Origin: a virus
Lineage: Duplodnaviria; Caudoviricetes
IMG/VR virus record: IMGVR_UViG_3300020161_000747
Coordinates: 1-29,031 of that record
Length of the DNA stretch: 29,031 nucleotides
Reading direction: 5' to 3' (one strand)
The notes beneath the pieces are model-generated. The model saw nothing but the letters and a program-made list of their open reading frames with translations. It was not told the origin of the DNA and made no database searches. This document shows positions 1 to 6,573 of the stretch, piece by piece. The first letter of the stretch is position 1, and each line of letters starts with the position of its first letter. Position numbers and translations under genes: made by a program.

Positions 1-318
1 CACCCGATTACCCCGCCGCAGTGGCACCTCGATGCCTGGTGCAAACAGGCGCTGGCTATGGGCGCTGATGTTGATGCCGTCTTTTTGGAAGCCGCCCGCT
101 GGGGAGCTGATCAGGAGCTGGACGCTTGCTGTGAGTGCATTAACGATCTGGCACACGGAGCTGATGTGATCCTTGCTGGTCTCCGCGCAGCCCGCCGCCC
201 CAAGCCGCCGAGCTTGAAGGAGCGAGCACTACAGGCTTGGGCTGCTGTTGACGCAGGCACGGATGATCAGGCGGCCATGTCAGTTATCCGCCGCGCACTG
301 GAGCAACTGGATGACTGA
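1..318 (+). CDS. Hypothetical phage protein, RPKPPSLKE family (5' truncated)
   Basis: Frame is open from base 1 (HPITPPQW...). Motifs ARWGADQEL, RPKPPSLKE and IRRALE are shared with 666-1019. The stop overlaps the next ATG. Confidence 0.8.
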   Translation, partial: HPITPPQWHLDAWCKQALAMGADVDAVFLEAARWGADQELDACCECINDLAHGADVILAGLRAARRPKPPSLKERALQAWAAVDAGTDDQAAMSVIRRALEQLDD

Positions 319-915
319 CTTCCGAGCACTGTGCGTTGAACTGACCGACTGCCTTGAAAAAGCCGACTGGCCGAACCAATACAAAATCGTCTTCCAGCAG
401 TGGATTGACATTGCCCACGCTGCTTTGGCTGAACCAGATGGACCGGCTGTGTCTGACGACAGGGAACCGGCCTCTGCCACTGACCAGATTACTCATCAGC
501 TTCACCGTCGAGCCACGGTCCTTCTGATCCGCAAGGTGATTGATCAAGCCATCCGCGATACTGCTTCAGTTCAGTGGCGGGTGGCTGATACCGGCGAGCA
601 ACTTGTCCGCGCCAGCGACCTAGTGGCGTGGGCAGATCATATGGAACAACAAATGGAGCAGCTCAATGACTAACCAGCACTCAGTCACTATGTTAAGTGA
701 CTTGATAGAACAACTTGAATCAGGCATTGATTGCTATGAGATTAGTACGAGCCAGGCTCTTGCTCGTGCTTACGCCGCAGGTGCTGATCAACAGTTAGAA
801 CTAGATGCAAAGTGGCTAGATCACAATGCTCTAAACGAAGCACATCTAAAGATTGCTCCAATGGGCGAGGTATTAAAAGAAGCGATGCGCCCCAAGCCGC
901 CGAGCTTGAAGGAGC
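196..915 (+). repeat. 28-bp identical direct repeat CGCCCCAAGCCGCCGAGCTTGAAGGAGC (196-223 and 888-915)
   Basis: Read directly. Also ATCCGCCGCGC at 286-296 and 987-997. Confidence 0.95.
311..673 (+). CDS. Hypothetical phage protein (MTDFRALC...)
   Basis: ATG at 311 is coupled to the upstream stop (ATGACTGA) and is in frame with ORF 248-673. Its stop overlaps the next ATG. Confidence 0.75.
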   Translation: MTDFRALCVELTDCLEKADWPNQYKIVFQQWIDIAHAALAEPDGPAVSDDREPASATDQITHQLHRRATVLLIRKVIDQAIRDTASVQWRVADTGEQLVRASDLVAWADHMEQQMEQLND

Positions 916-1019
916 AGGCGCTTGCTGAGCTTGATCTATTAAAGGCAGACGCGACTACTCATGGTCTTGGCTTTGACGCACCTGCCATCCGCCGCGCTCT
1001 TGAATCCCTACCCTCTTAG
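666..1019 (+). CDS. Hypothetical phage protein, RPKPPSLKE family paralog
   Basis: GADQQL, RPKPPSLKEQAL and IRRALE motifs, as in 1-318. Confidence 0.8.
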   Translation: MTNQHSVTMLSDLIEQLESGIDCYEISTSQALARAYAAGADQQLELDAKWLDHNALNEAHLKIAPMGEVLKEAMRPKPPSLKEQALAELDLLKADATTHGLGFDAPAIRRALESLPS

Positions 1020-1031
1020 TCAACATCACTA
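1017..1031. repeat. TAGT-N7-ACTA inverted-repeat site joining a stop codon to the next ATG
   Basis: TAGT CAACATC ACTA ATG. The TAG is the stop of 666-1019. Confidence 0.85.
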
Positions 1032-1241
1032 ATGACCCAACAACTTTCACCTGCTGCACAGGCAATTCTTGACGCTGCCGAAGCTGGGCTTGATGGCTAC
1101 ATCGAACTTTTACCGCCCACATGGAAGTCCAGTGTTGCCGCCGCCCTACGCGTTGCTGCTGATCAGTTCTTTTATGACTGGAACGGTATGTGCTGCGAAG
1201 AGCATCTCAAATCCATCGCTGCCGAGCTTGAAGCCCAGTAG
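1032..1241 (+). CDS. Hypothetical phage protein (MTQQLSPAAQAILDA...)
   Basis: 69-aa ORF bounded on both sides by TAGT-N7-ACTA sites. Confidence 0.8.
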   Translation: MTQQLSPAAQAILDAAEAGLDGYIELLPPTWKSSVAAALRVAADQFFYDWNGMCCEEHLKSIAAELEAQ

Positions 1242-1253
1242 TCCGATCAACTA
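1239..1253. repeat. TAGT-N7-ACTA inverted-repeat site joining a stop codon to the next ATG
   Basis: TAGT CCGATCA ACTA ATG. Confidence 0.85.
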
Positions 1254-1430
1254 ATGACCGACCAACAGATTATTCAAGCTGCCCTTGAGGCAGGTCTCTG
1301 CTTCCCGGAATGCTGGGCACTGACTAGCCCCAGTGACCCAACTGAGGACATCAGCGACGTCTGGGGCAGCTATGAGCAGGGCAAGATGCAGACGCTTCGC
1401 CACTTCGCTGAACTGATCAAAGCCTTGTAA
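1254..1430 (+). CDS. Hypothetical 58-aa protein (absent from ORF track)
   Basis: MTDQQIIQAALEAGLCFPECW...HFAELIKAL*. Same ACTAATGACC start context as 1032. Followed by TAAT-CAGATTC-ACTA. Confidence 0.75.
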   Translation: MTDQQIIQAALEAGLCFPECWALTSPSDPTEDISDVWGSYEQGKMQTLRHFAELIKAL

Positions 1431-1453
1431 TCAGATTCACTACTGCTCGGAAC

Positions 1454-1480
1454 TTTTAATAAGCTAAGCCCTTATTAAAA
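1454..1480. repeat. Perfect 10-bp inverted repeat with 7-bp spacer
   Basis: TTTTAATAAG CTAAGCC CTTATTAAAA. Confidence 0.9.
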
Positions 1481-1538
1481 ACTCAGCCGTCACTGGCATA
1501 AACTCCTAACCAACTCCAAATTTCAGCCAAATTAGGCG

Positions 1539-2069
1539 ATGACCATCCTCTGCGACTACGAGATCAAGGCACTCTGCACCGATGGCATGGTGCAAAACTA
1601 TGACGAGGCATTGGTTAATCCCGCAAGCCTTGACCTACGGCTAGGCGACACGATCATGATCGAGTCCGCAGAAAACCTAGACATGCGCCCGCTCAGCATT
1701 GCCAGGAACACGGTCGAAAATCCTTACCTGCTACGCCCTGGGCAATTCATCCTTGCTCAGACCATCGAGGTGTTCAACATGCCAGAAAACATCGCTGGCT
1801 TGTTTTTCCTAAAGTCCAGCCGTGCTCGTGAAGGCTACGAAAATCTGCACGCTGGCTACGCAGATCCGGGTTGGCATGGCAGCGTGCTGACGCTTGAGCT
1901 GAAGAACAGTCGCCAGTTGCTACCGCTGCCCTTGTATCCCGGCATGAAAATCGGGCAGATGGTGTTCTTCCGTATGAGCCAAAAGCCTGTGCTGAGCTAC
2001 GCCCAGGTTGGGCACTACAACAAGGATCTCAGCACTACCGGCTCAAAGCAGCTCGATCAGCAGGACTGA
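1539..2069 (+). CDS. dcd: dCTP deaminase (dUTPase superfamily)
   Basis: NPASLDLRLG, LKSSRAREG, AGYADPGWHG, LTLEL and KIGQMVF motifs. Confidence 0.93.
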   Translation: MTILCDYEIKALCTDGMVQNYDEALVNPASLDLRLGDTIMIESAENLDMRPLSIARNTVENPYLLRPGQFILAQTIEVFNMPENIAGLFFLKSSRAREGYENLHAGYADPGWHGSVLTLELKNSRQLLPLPLYPGMKIGQMVFFRMSQKPVLSYAQVGHYNKDLSTTGSKQLDQQD

Positions 2070-2080
2070 GCAGTCCTTTT
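2062..2080 (+). terminator. Possible weak intrinsic terminator after dcd
   Basis: AGGACT-GAGC-AGTCCT followed by TTT and a T-rich tract; overlaps the dcd stop. Confidence 0.45.
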
Positions 2081-2106
2081 CAATTTGTTTCAGGGGTGGA
2101 TCGCCC

Positions 2107-2135
2107 TTGCTTTCCACCCGTTTTGGTGCCATAAT
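2107..2135 (+). promoter_or_regulatory. Host sigma70-type early promoter
   Basis: TTGCTT (2107-2112), 17 bp spacer, CATAAT (2130-2135), with extended -10 TG at 2127-2128. Lies in an intergenic gap. Confidence 0.65.
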
Positions 2136-2182
2136 GGACCCATGAGGCACAGCGCCTCACTGCCCAACGCGTAACCAGTCCC

Positions 2183-2368
2183 ATGATCACAACCACCGCC
2201 GTATGGCTCCTTGCCCTACTGCTGCTGCCACTGCTCCTGATCTGGCACTTCAGTAAGTCAAAAGCACAACGCATCAACGAACAACGCCAGCGCGGCTGGA
2301 CATGGAAGCAGGTAGCCGATTACTGGCACTGCTCACCATCCACTGCGCGCCGCTGGGCTATCGCTTAA
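2183..2368 (+). CDS. Small protein with N-terminal hydrophobic helix and C-terminal HTH-like motif
   Basis: AVWLLALLLLPLLLIW, then GWTWKQVADYWHCSPSTARRW. Confidence 0.7.
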   Translation: MITTTAVWLLALLLLPLLLIWHFSKSKAQRINEQRQRGWTWKQVADYWHCSPSTARRWAIA

Positions 2369-2377
2369 TGTCCTCAA

Positions 2378-2395
2378 GCCCCCGGCAACGGGGGC
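2378..2395 (+). promoter_or_regulatory. GC-rich GNRA-tetraloop hairpin without U tract
   Basis: GCCCCCG-GCAA-CGGGGGC, intergenic. Confidence 0.65.
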
Positions 2396-2421
2396 ACCCT
2401 ACCCACTGCGTATTCAGTCCC

Positions 2422-2631
2422 ATGACCTACGACCTCACCGCTGCAGAAGAGACCCAGCTAGCCCGTGACCTCGCTAGCGATCTCGACGACTACATCAGCA
2501 ACGAACTAGGCGACACGCTGATCGAACTCGCAGCAGACATCCTCCGCCGTTACGGCAGCGACCCCGGTAGCGATTACGGGCGTGACCTGATCCAAGACCT
2601 GACCAACCGCATCAGGATTACCGCTGCATGA
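2422..2631 (+). CDS. Hypothetical acidic protein
   Basis: ATG 2422 (MTYDLTAAEE...) in frame with ORF 2302-2631. ATGA overlap with the next gene. Confidence 0.75.
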   Translation: MTYDLTAAEETQLARDLASDLDDYISNELGDTLIELAADILRRYGSDPGSDYGRDLIQDLTNRIRITAA

Positions 2632-2810
2632 AGCACACCGTCCGCCTCAAGCGCGGGCTGTACGTCCTGATGGATTCCTACACACGTCCATCACTACGCC
2701 TCAACCTGCCTTTCCTTTTCTGCCTTGCTGCAGTCATCACCGCAGGAATCACCCTGCAGTACGTCGAGCAGCAAAACCTACTCTGCCCATCTACCCAACG
2801 CGCACAATGA
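2628..2810 (+). CDS. Hypothetical small protein with hydrophobic segment
   Basis: ATGA coupling at both ends. Confidence 0.65.
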   Translation: MKHTVRLKRGLYVLMDSYTRPSLRLNLPFLFCLAAVITAGITLQYVEQQNLLCPSTQRAQ

Positions 2811-3118
2811 CCACCGCCAAGGATCTAATCAATCAGCTCATCGAACTGCGTGCTGAACGCGAGGAGCTAGAAGCCCGCGAAGATTTCCTGAAAGAACAAC
2901 TGCAAGGTGCCATCGCACTAGGCGAACTCGACACCCACGAAACCGACGACGGCATCTACGAGTTCGACAACGCCAAGTACATCCGCTGCCAGCGCAATAG
3001 CTACAAGCACAGCAAGGATGCTGAAAAGGCAATCCGCACCATTAAAGAGCAAGACATTGATGCTGGACTTGCACAGCGAAATGTGACAGTCTTCTACCAG
3101 CTACGCATGACATCTTGA
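2807..3118 (+). CDS. Hypothetical protein with N-terminal coiled coil
   Basis: Heptad-like LINQLIELRAEREELEARE; coupled to both neighbours. Confidence 0.75.
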   Translation: MTTAKDLINQLIELRAEREELEAREDFLKEQLQGAIALGELDTHETDDGIYEFDNAKYIRCQRNSYKHSKDAEKAIRTIKEQDIDAGLAQRNVTVFYQLRMTS

Positions 3119-3561
3119 ACGATTCCATCACCTTCACCGTCCATGGGCTGCCAGCGCCCCAAGGCTCAAAGCGGCACATGGGCAACGGTGTCATGGTGGA
3201 ATCCAGTAAGAATGTCAAACCATGGCGGCAGGACGTCAAGTTCACAGCCCTAGCCGCCAAACCTGCCAACTGGGACACCGCTCCAGCTATGTCCCTTTCA
3301 GTAGTGTTCCGCTTCCTTCGACCATCATCCCACTACGGGAAAAAGAATGCGCTACGCCCGTCCGCCCCCCAGCACTGCACTTCAGCTCGCAATGGCGACA
3401 TTGAGAAGCTGATTCGCTCCACTAACGACGCCCTTACTGGTGTCCTTTTTGACGATGACCGCCAAGTTGTTACTGTCACCGCCACCAAGCGTTACTGCAC
3501 AGCAAACGAACAACCGGGCGCTGTCATCACGCTCACTGCGCTAACACCTAACGCCTCATGA
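3115..3561 (+). CDS. rusA: RusA-family Holliday junction resolvase
   Basis: PAPQGSKR, WRQDV, GDIEKLIRSTNDALTGVLFDDDRQVV catalytic Asp/Lys pattern. Confidence 0.9.
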   Translation: MNDSITFTVHGLPAPQGSKRHMGNGVMVESSKNVKPWRQDVKFTALAAKPANWDTAPAMSLSVVFRFLRPSSHYGKKNALRPSAPQHCTSARNGDIEKLIRSTNDALTGVLFDDDRQVVTVTATKRYCTANEQPGAVITLTALTPNAS

Positions 3562-4256
3562 CTTACCCAAACCTCGCGGGCGTCATCACCAAAGATGACG
3601 TATTCCGTAAAGGGACTGGATCCTACGCCGCAGACTACGTTTCCTGGGCGCGGATCGCAAATCACCTGCACGCCAATGCACCAGGCTGGCAGTTCGCCCT
3701 CATGCAGGACGACGCTGGCAACCACGTCTGGAAAGCACCAGACGGCAGCGGTTACATCATGGGTTACTTCCGTGGTCCTGATGGGGAATCAACTGTTTGC
3801 TTCCCGTACCCTTGCCAGGATCACAGGAATCAGCCTGTCGCTTTTGACAAGGTATCCTGCCGCGTTTTAACAGACACGCATCGCCGTGGCCTTTGCGCTG
3901 CAGCCGCTTACTTCTTTAGCCTTGGCTACGAGTTATGGGCACGCGAAGAAGTAGAGGAGGCAAAAGGTGAACCTGCATCGCCACCTGTTACACCTTCAGC
4001 GCCTGCCAAAGCAAAACCTGCCGCCACCGCTACAAAGGATGAATCGGCACCTGATCTAGACGCTGAGGACCTCCCGATCACGGACAAGGATCTAAAAACG
4101 ATCCGCGACCTGTTGGCAGCAGAAGCTGTTGTCAAACGCAACAAGATCATCAAGGAGTTCAACAAGGCGTTTGAGGTGCCAGAAGGTGAGCTAATGACAG
4201 CTCATATCACGCTCCCTAAACACCTGCGGTTTATCCAGGAGCGTCTGTCCACCTAA
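3558..4256 (+). CDS. Single-strand annealing protein, Sak/Rad52-like (DUF1071-type)
   Basis: YVSWA and RRGLCAAAAYFFSLGYELWARE motifs, Pro/Ala linker and small C-terminal domain. Lies between RusA and SSB. Confidence 0.7.
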   Translation: MTYPNLAGVITKDDVFRKGTGSYAADYVSWARIANHLHANAPGWQFALMQDDAGNHVWKAPDGSGYIMGYFRGPDGESTVCFPYPCQDHRNQPVAFDKVSCRVLTDTHRRGLCAAAAYFFSLGYELWAREEVEEAKGEPASPPVTPSAPAKAKPAATATKDESAPDLDAEDLPITDKDLKTIRDLLAAEAVVKRNKIIKEFNKAFEVPEGELMTAHITLPKHLRFIQERLST

Positions 4257-4271
4257 ACCTACGGCAGCGCC

Positions 4272-4487
4272 ATGACGGATGAGATGATGCACGCTCAGAT
4301 GGCAGCAGCATACGCTGCACAACGCACAACGATGAAGCCTCATCTCCCTGCTGATCTTGAACTGCTGCCACCGCATCTGCGTGCACAGCTTGAACATTTC
4401 ATGCAGGCACGTCAGTATTCAGCGCAACAAGCATTGTCAATTATCCTTTCCAAATTCTTCGGCTCATGCTCCAAATTACCGCAGTAG
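4272..4487 (+). CDS. Hypothetical protein
   Basis: 71-aa ORF filling the gap in a + strand operon. Confidence 0.6.
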   Translation: MTDEMMHAQMAAAYAAQRTTMKPHLPADLELLPPHLRAQLEHFMQARQYSAQQALSIILSKFFGSCSKLPQ

Positions 4488-4798
4488 GCAATCTCGCCGC
4501 TGACCCCGAACTCAAGACCGTTGGTGATCGTGAGGTTGCTAACTTCACCTTGATGGTCAACAAAAAGGTAAAAGGCGAAGACCGTACAACAGCACTTCGC
4601 TGCGCCGTATGGGGTCCACGCGCTAAGGTCGTCGACGACTTCTTGACCAAGGGCAGTCAAATCACCGTGACCGGACAGGCGTACATCGAGACGTTTGAAC
4701 GGAAGGACGGCACTCCTGGCGCATCACTTGATGTTGCAGTTAACGACTTCACGTTGCCGCCGAAACAAAAGGCTGCAGCCGACGACATGCCGTTCTAA
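4466..4798 (+). CDS. ssb: Single-stranded DNA-binding protein
   Basis: VGNLAADPELK, VANFTL, LTKGSQITVTG and acidic C-terminal DDMPF. Confidence 0.95.
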   Translation: MLQITAVGNLAADPELKTVGDREVANFTLMVNKKVKGEDRTTALRCAVWGPRAKVVDDFLTKGSQITVTGQAYIETFERKDGTPGASLDVAVNDFTLPPKQKAAADDMPF

Positions 4799-4805
4799 TG
4801 TACCC

Positions 4806-4831
4806 GGGGGCTTTTGCCCCCTTTCTTTTTT
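4806..4831 (+). terminator. Intrinsic terminator after ssb
   Basis: GGGGGC-TTTT-GCCCCC followed by TTTCTTTTTT. Confidence 0.8.
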
Positions 4832-4835
4832 CTCG

Positions 4836-5759
4836 ATGGCTGATCCGCTCCGCGACTATCTAAACGAAATCGGCAAGATCCCTCTGCTAACGGGCGCAGA
4901 GGAGATCGAACTTGGTCATGCAATCAAACGGATGACGGAGATACGAGACAACGACAACCCAACCAAGCAGCAGCAACGCATCATCAAAATCGGCAAGCGT
5001 GCCAAAGAACGCATGATCAAAGGCAACCTACGCCTCGTGGTAGGTGTTGCCAAAAAATACAAGCACATGACCAATCGCCTTACCATGCACGACTTAGTGC
5101 AGGAAGGCAATATCGGTCTGATCCGTGCGGTAGAACTTTTCGACCCTGAGCGCGGGTACAAGTTCAGCACCTACGCCTACTGGTGGATCCGGCAAGGCAT
5201 CATGCGTGCGATTCAAACGTATGACCGGATCATCAAGCTGCCAAGTGGCGCCATCGAGGTATTGCGTAAGGTCCGGTCATTCTCGATTGAATACCAGCGC
5301 CAGCACGGTCGAACGCCAAGTATTGAAAGCTGCGCTGAGTTTGTCAATGTCACACCGCGAGCGATGAAATACTACATAGCCGCTTCTATAGATGCTGGCA
5401 GCCTTGACGCCAAGGTCAACAACTCAGGCGAAGCAAGCACCTACATCGAACTGATCGCTGCTGATGATGACCCTACTTCTGATGACGTTGAACTGGACAC
5501 ACGGATAGAAGCGGTGCATCAGGCGTTAACGCACATGAGTGATGAGGCAAGACAGCTTATTGAGTTACGGCACGGGTTAAAAAACAACGAGCCGAAGTCA
5601 ATGCGCGACATCGCCAAGGCATTAAATCTCGCCCAAGACAACACCAAACGAAAAGTCCACCAGGCTGAAAACGAAATGAAACTGATCTTGAAGAAGGGAC
5701 CGCCAAAAAAGCATTCCCTACAGAGCAACAGCTCCAGCTTGATCTGGGGTTGGGGTTAA
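4836..5759 (+). CDS. Phage-encoded RpoD/sigma-70-family sigma factor (no region 1.1)
   Basis: DPLRDYLNEIGKIPLLT (region 1.2), NLRLVVGVAKKY, DLVQEGNIGLIRAVELFDPERGYKFSTYAYWWIRQ (region 2). ATG at 4836 lies just after the terminator. Confidence 0.93.
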   Translation: MADPLRDYLNEIGKIPLLTGAEEIELGHAIKRMTEIRDNDNPTKQQQRIIKIGKRAKERMIKGNLRLVVGVAKKYKHMTNRLTMHDLVQEGNIGLIRAVELFDPERGYKFSTYAYWWIRQGIMRAIQTYDRIIKLPSGAIEVLRKVRSFSIEYQRQHGRTPSIESCAEFVNVTPRAMKYYIAASIDAGSLDAKVNNSGEASTYIELIAADDDPTSDDVELDTRIEAVHQALTHMSDEARQLIELRHGLKNNEPKSMRDIAKALNLAQDNTKRKVHQAENEMKLILKKGPPKKHSLQSNSSSLIWGWG

Positions 5760-5762
5760 ACC

Positions 5763-6005
5763 ATGCCTGCCAACAGGATGGGTCCGCCATGCCCTGAGTG
5801 TGGCAGTCAACTGACTGATGTATCAACAACAGAACGCAGCGAGGATCGTAGCTTCTGGAGATCTAGGAAATGCGTAACCTGCGGACATCGCTTTCATACG
5901 GTGCAGCAGCCTGAACAGTACGCCATCAAGGGCACTGTGACTTGGCACTGCGAGGGCAAGCTACGCAAACCAATGATCAACTGGAGGTTTTATGAAGCGG
6001 GATAG
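5763..6005 (+). CDS. Zinc-ribbon protein resembling the NrdR N-terminal domain
   Basis: CPECGS...T.V..T...RSRKCVTCGHRFHT. No ATP-cone domain. Confidence 0.7.
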   Translation: MPANRMGPPCPECGSQLTDVSTTERSEDRSFWRSRKCVTCGHRFHTVQQPEQYAIKGTVTWHCEGKLRKPMINWRFYEAG

Positions 6006-6327
6006 GCTGGCGATCAGTAGGTTTCAATCCGTCGAAACCTATGTTGACTGGTCAGGGCGTGTTTTTATCGCCTACTCATCAGGAGCTAGCGTCATCGTGC
6101 GTGACGCAAAAGCATTGCGTAAGTTCTTGGGACTTGCACCTAAGACACCTAGCCGTGAGTCTTTGGATTCTTGGCTGGTCTCACTCGCTGCAATAGACGA
6201 TGAACGGCAAAGCCGCAAGACACAACAAACGACAGGATTGACAGAAGAAGTTCTGCAAACAGGTTTTGGACCCGAGTGTCATCTTGATGAGACTGATCCG
6301 AACCATCAGACCCGGACTGTAATTTAG
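5992..6327 (+). CDS. Hypothetical protein (last gene of + arm)
   Basis: 111-aa ORF overlapping the previous stop. Confidence 0.65.
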   Translation: MKRDRLAISRFQSVETYVDWSGRVFIAYSSGASVIVRDAKALRKFLGLAPKTPSRESLDSWLVSLAAIDDERQSRKTQQTTGLTEEVLQTGFGPECHLDETDPNHQTRTVI

Positions 6328-6544
6328 CCTCATCGCCCAGGAAGATTTCAAGCTCTAGCTTTGAGATGTGTCCGGTAGCCTGCTTTAACAGCTTGCTGTA
6401 GTAGGCGTTTTGCTTAACAAGCGACGAGCATAGCTTCGCCACTTCTGCTGCATCATTGCAGTGCAGGACAGTCCTAGCCTGGCTTTCTATTTGTAGTTCC
6501 TCCTCGATGGAGAAATCTACAACCATCCAGTCTCCCCAAGACAT
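6149..6544 (-). CDS. Hypothetical protein (last gene of late arm)
   Basis: Likely ATG 6544 (MSWGDWMVVDFSIEEEL...), helical, directly after the endolysin. Confidence 0.65.
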   Translation of the reverse strand: MSWGDWMVVDFSIEEELQIESQARTVLHCNDAAEVAKLCSSLVKQNAYYSKLLKQATGHISKLELEIFLGDEAKLQSGSDGSDQSHQDDTRVQNLFAELLLSILSFVVSCGFAVHRLLQRVRPAKNPKTHG

Positions 6545-6573
6545 AGGACTGCTGCATATTCTGCAGGGTAGCC

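Noticed and set aside
683-702. Inverted repeat AGTCACT-ATGTTA-AGTGACT
   Set aside because: Single instance inside a gene with a 6-bp spacer; no link to the other sites or to a terminator.
1017-1442. CRISPR-like mini-array
   Set aside because: The repeats have only 4-bp conserved arms and the intervening segments are whole genes of about 180-210 bp.
4695-4835. N-terminal extension of the sigma ORF in the track
   Set aside because: It overlaps ssb and crosses a terminator; homology begins at ATG 4836.
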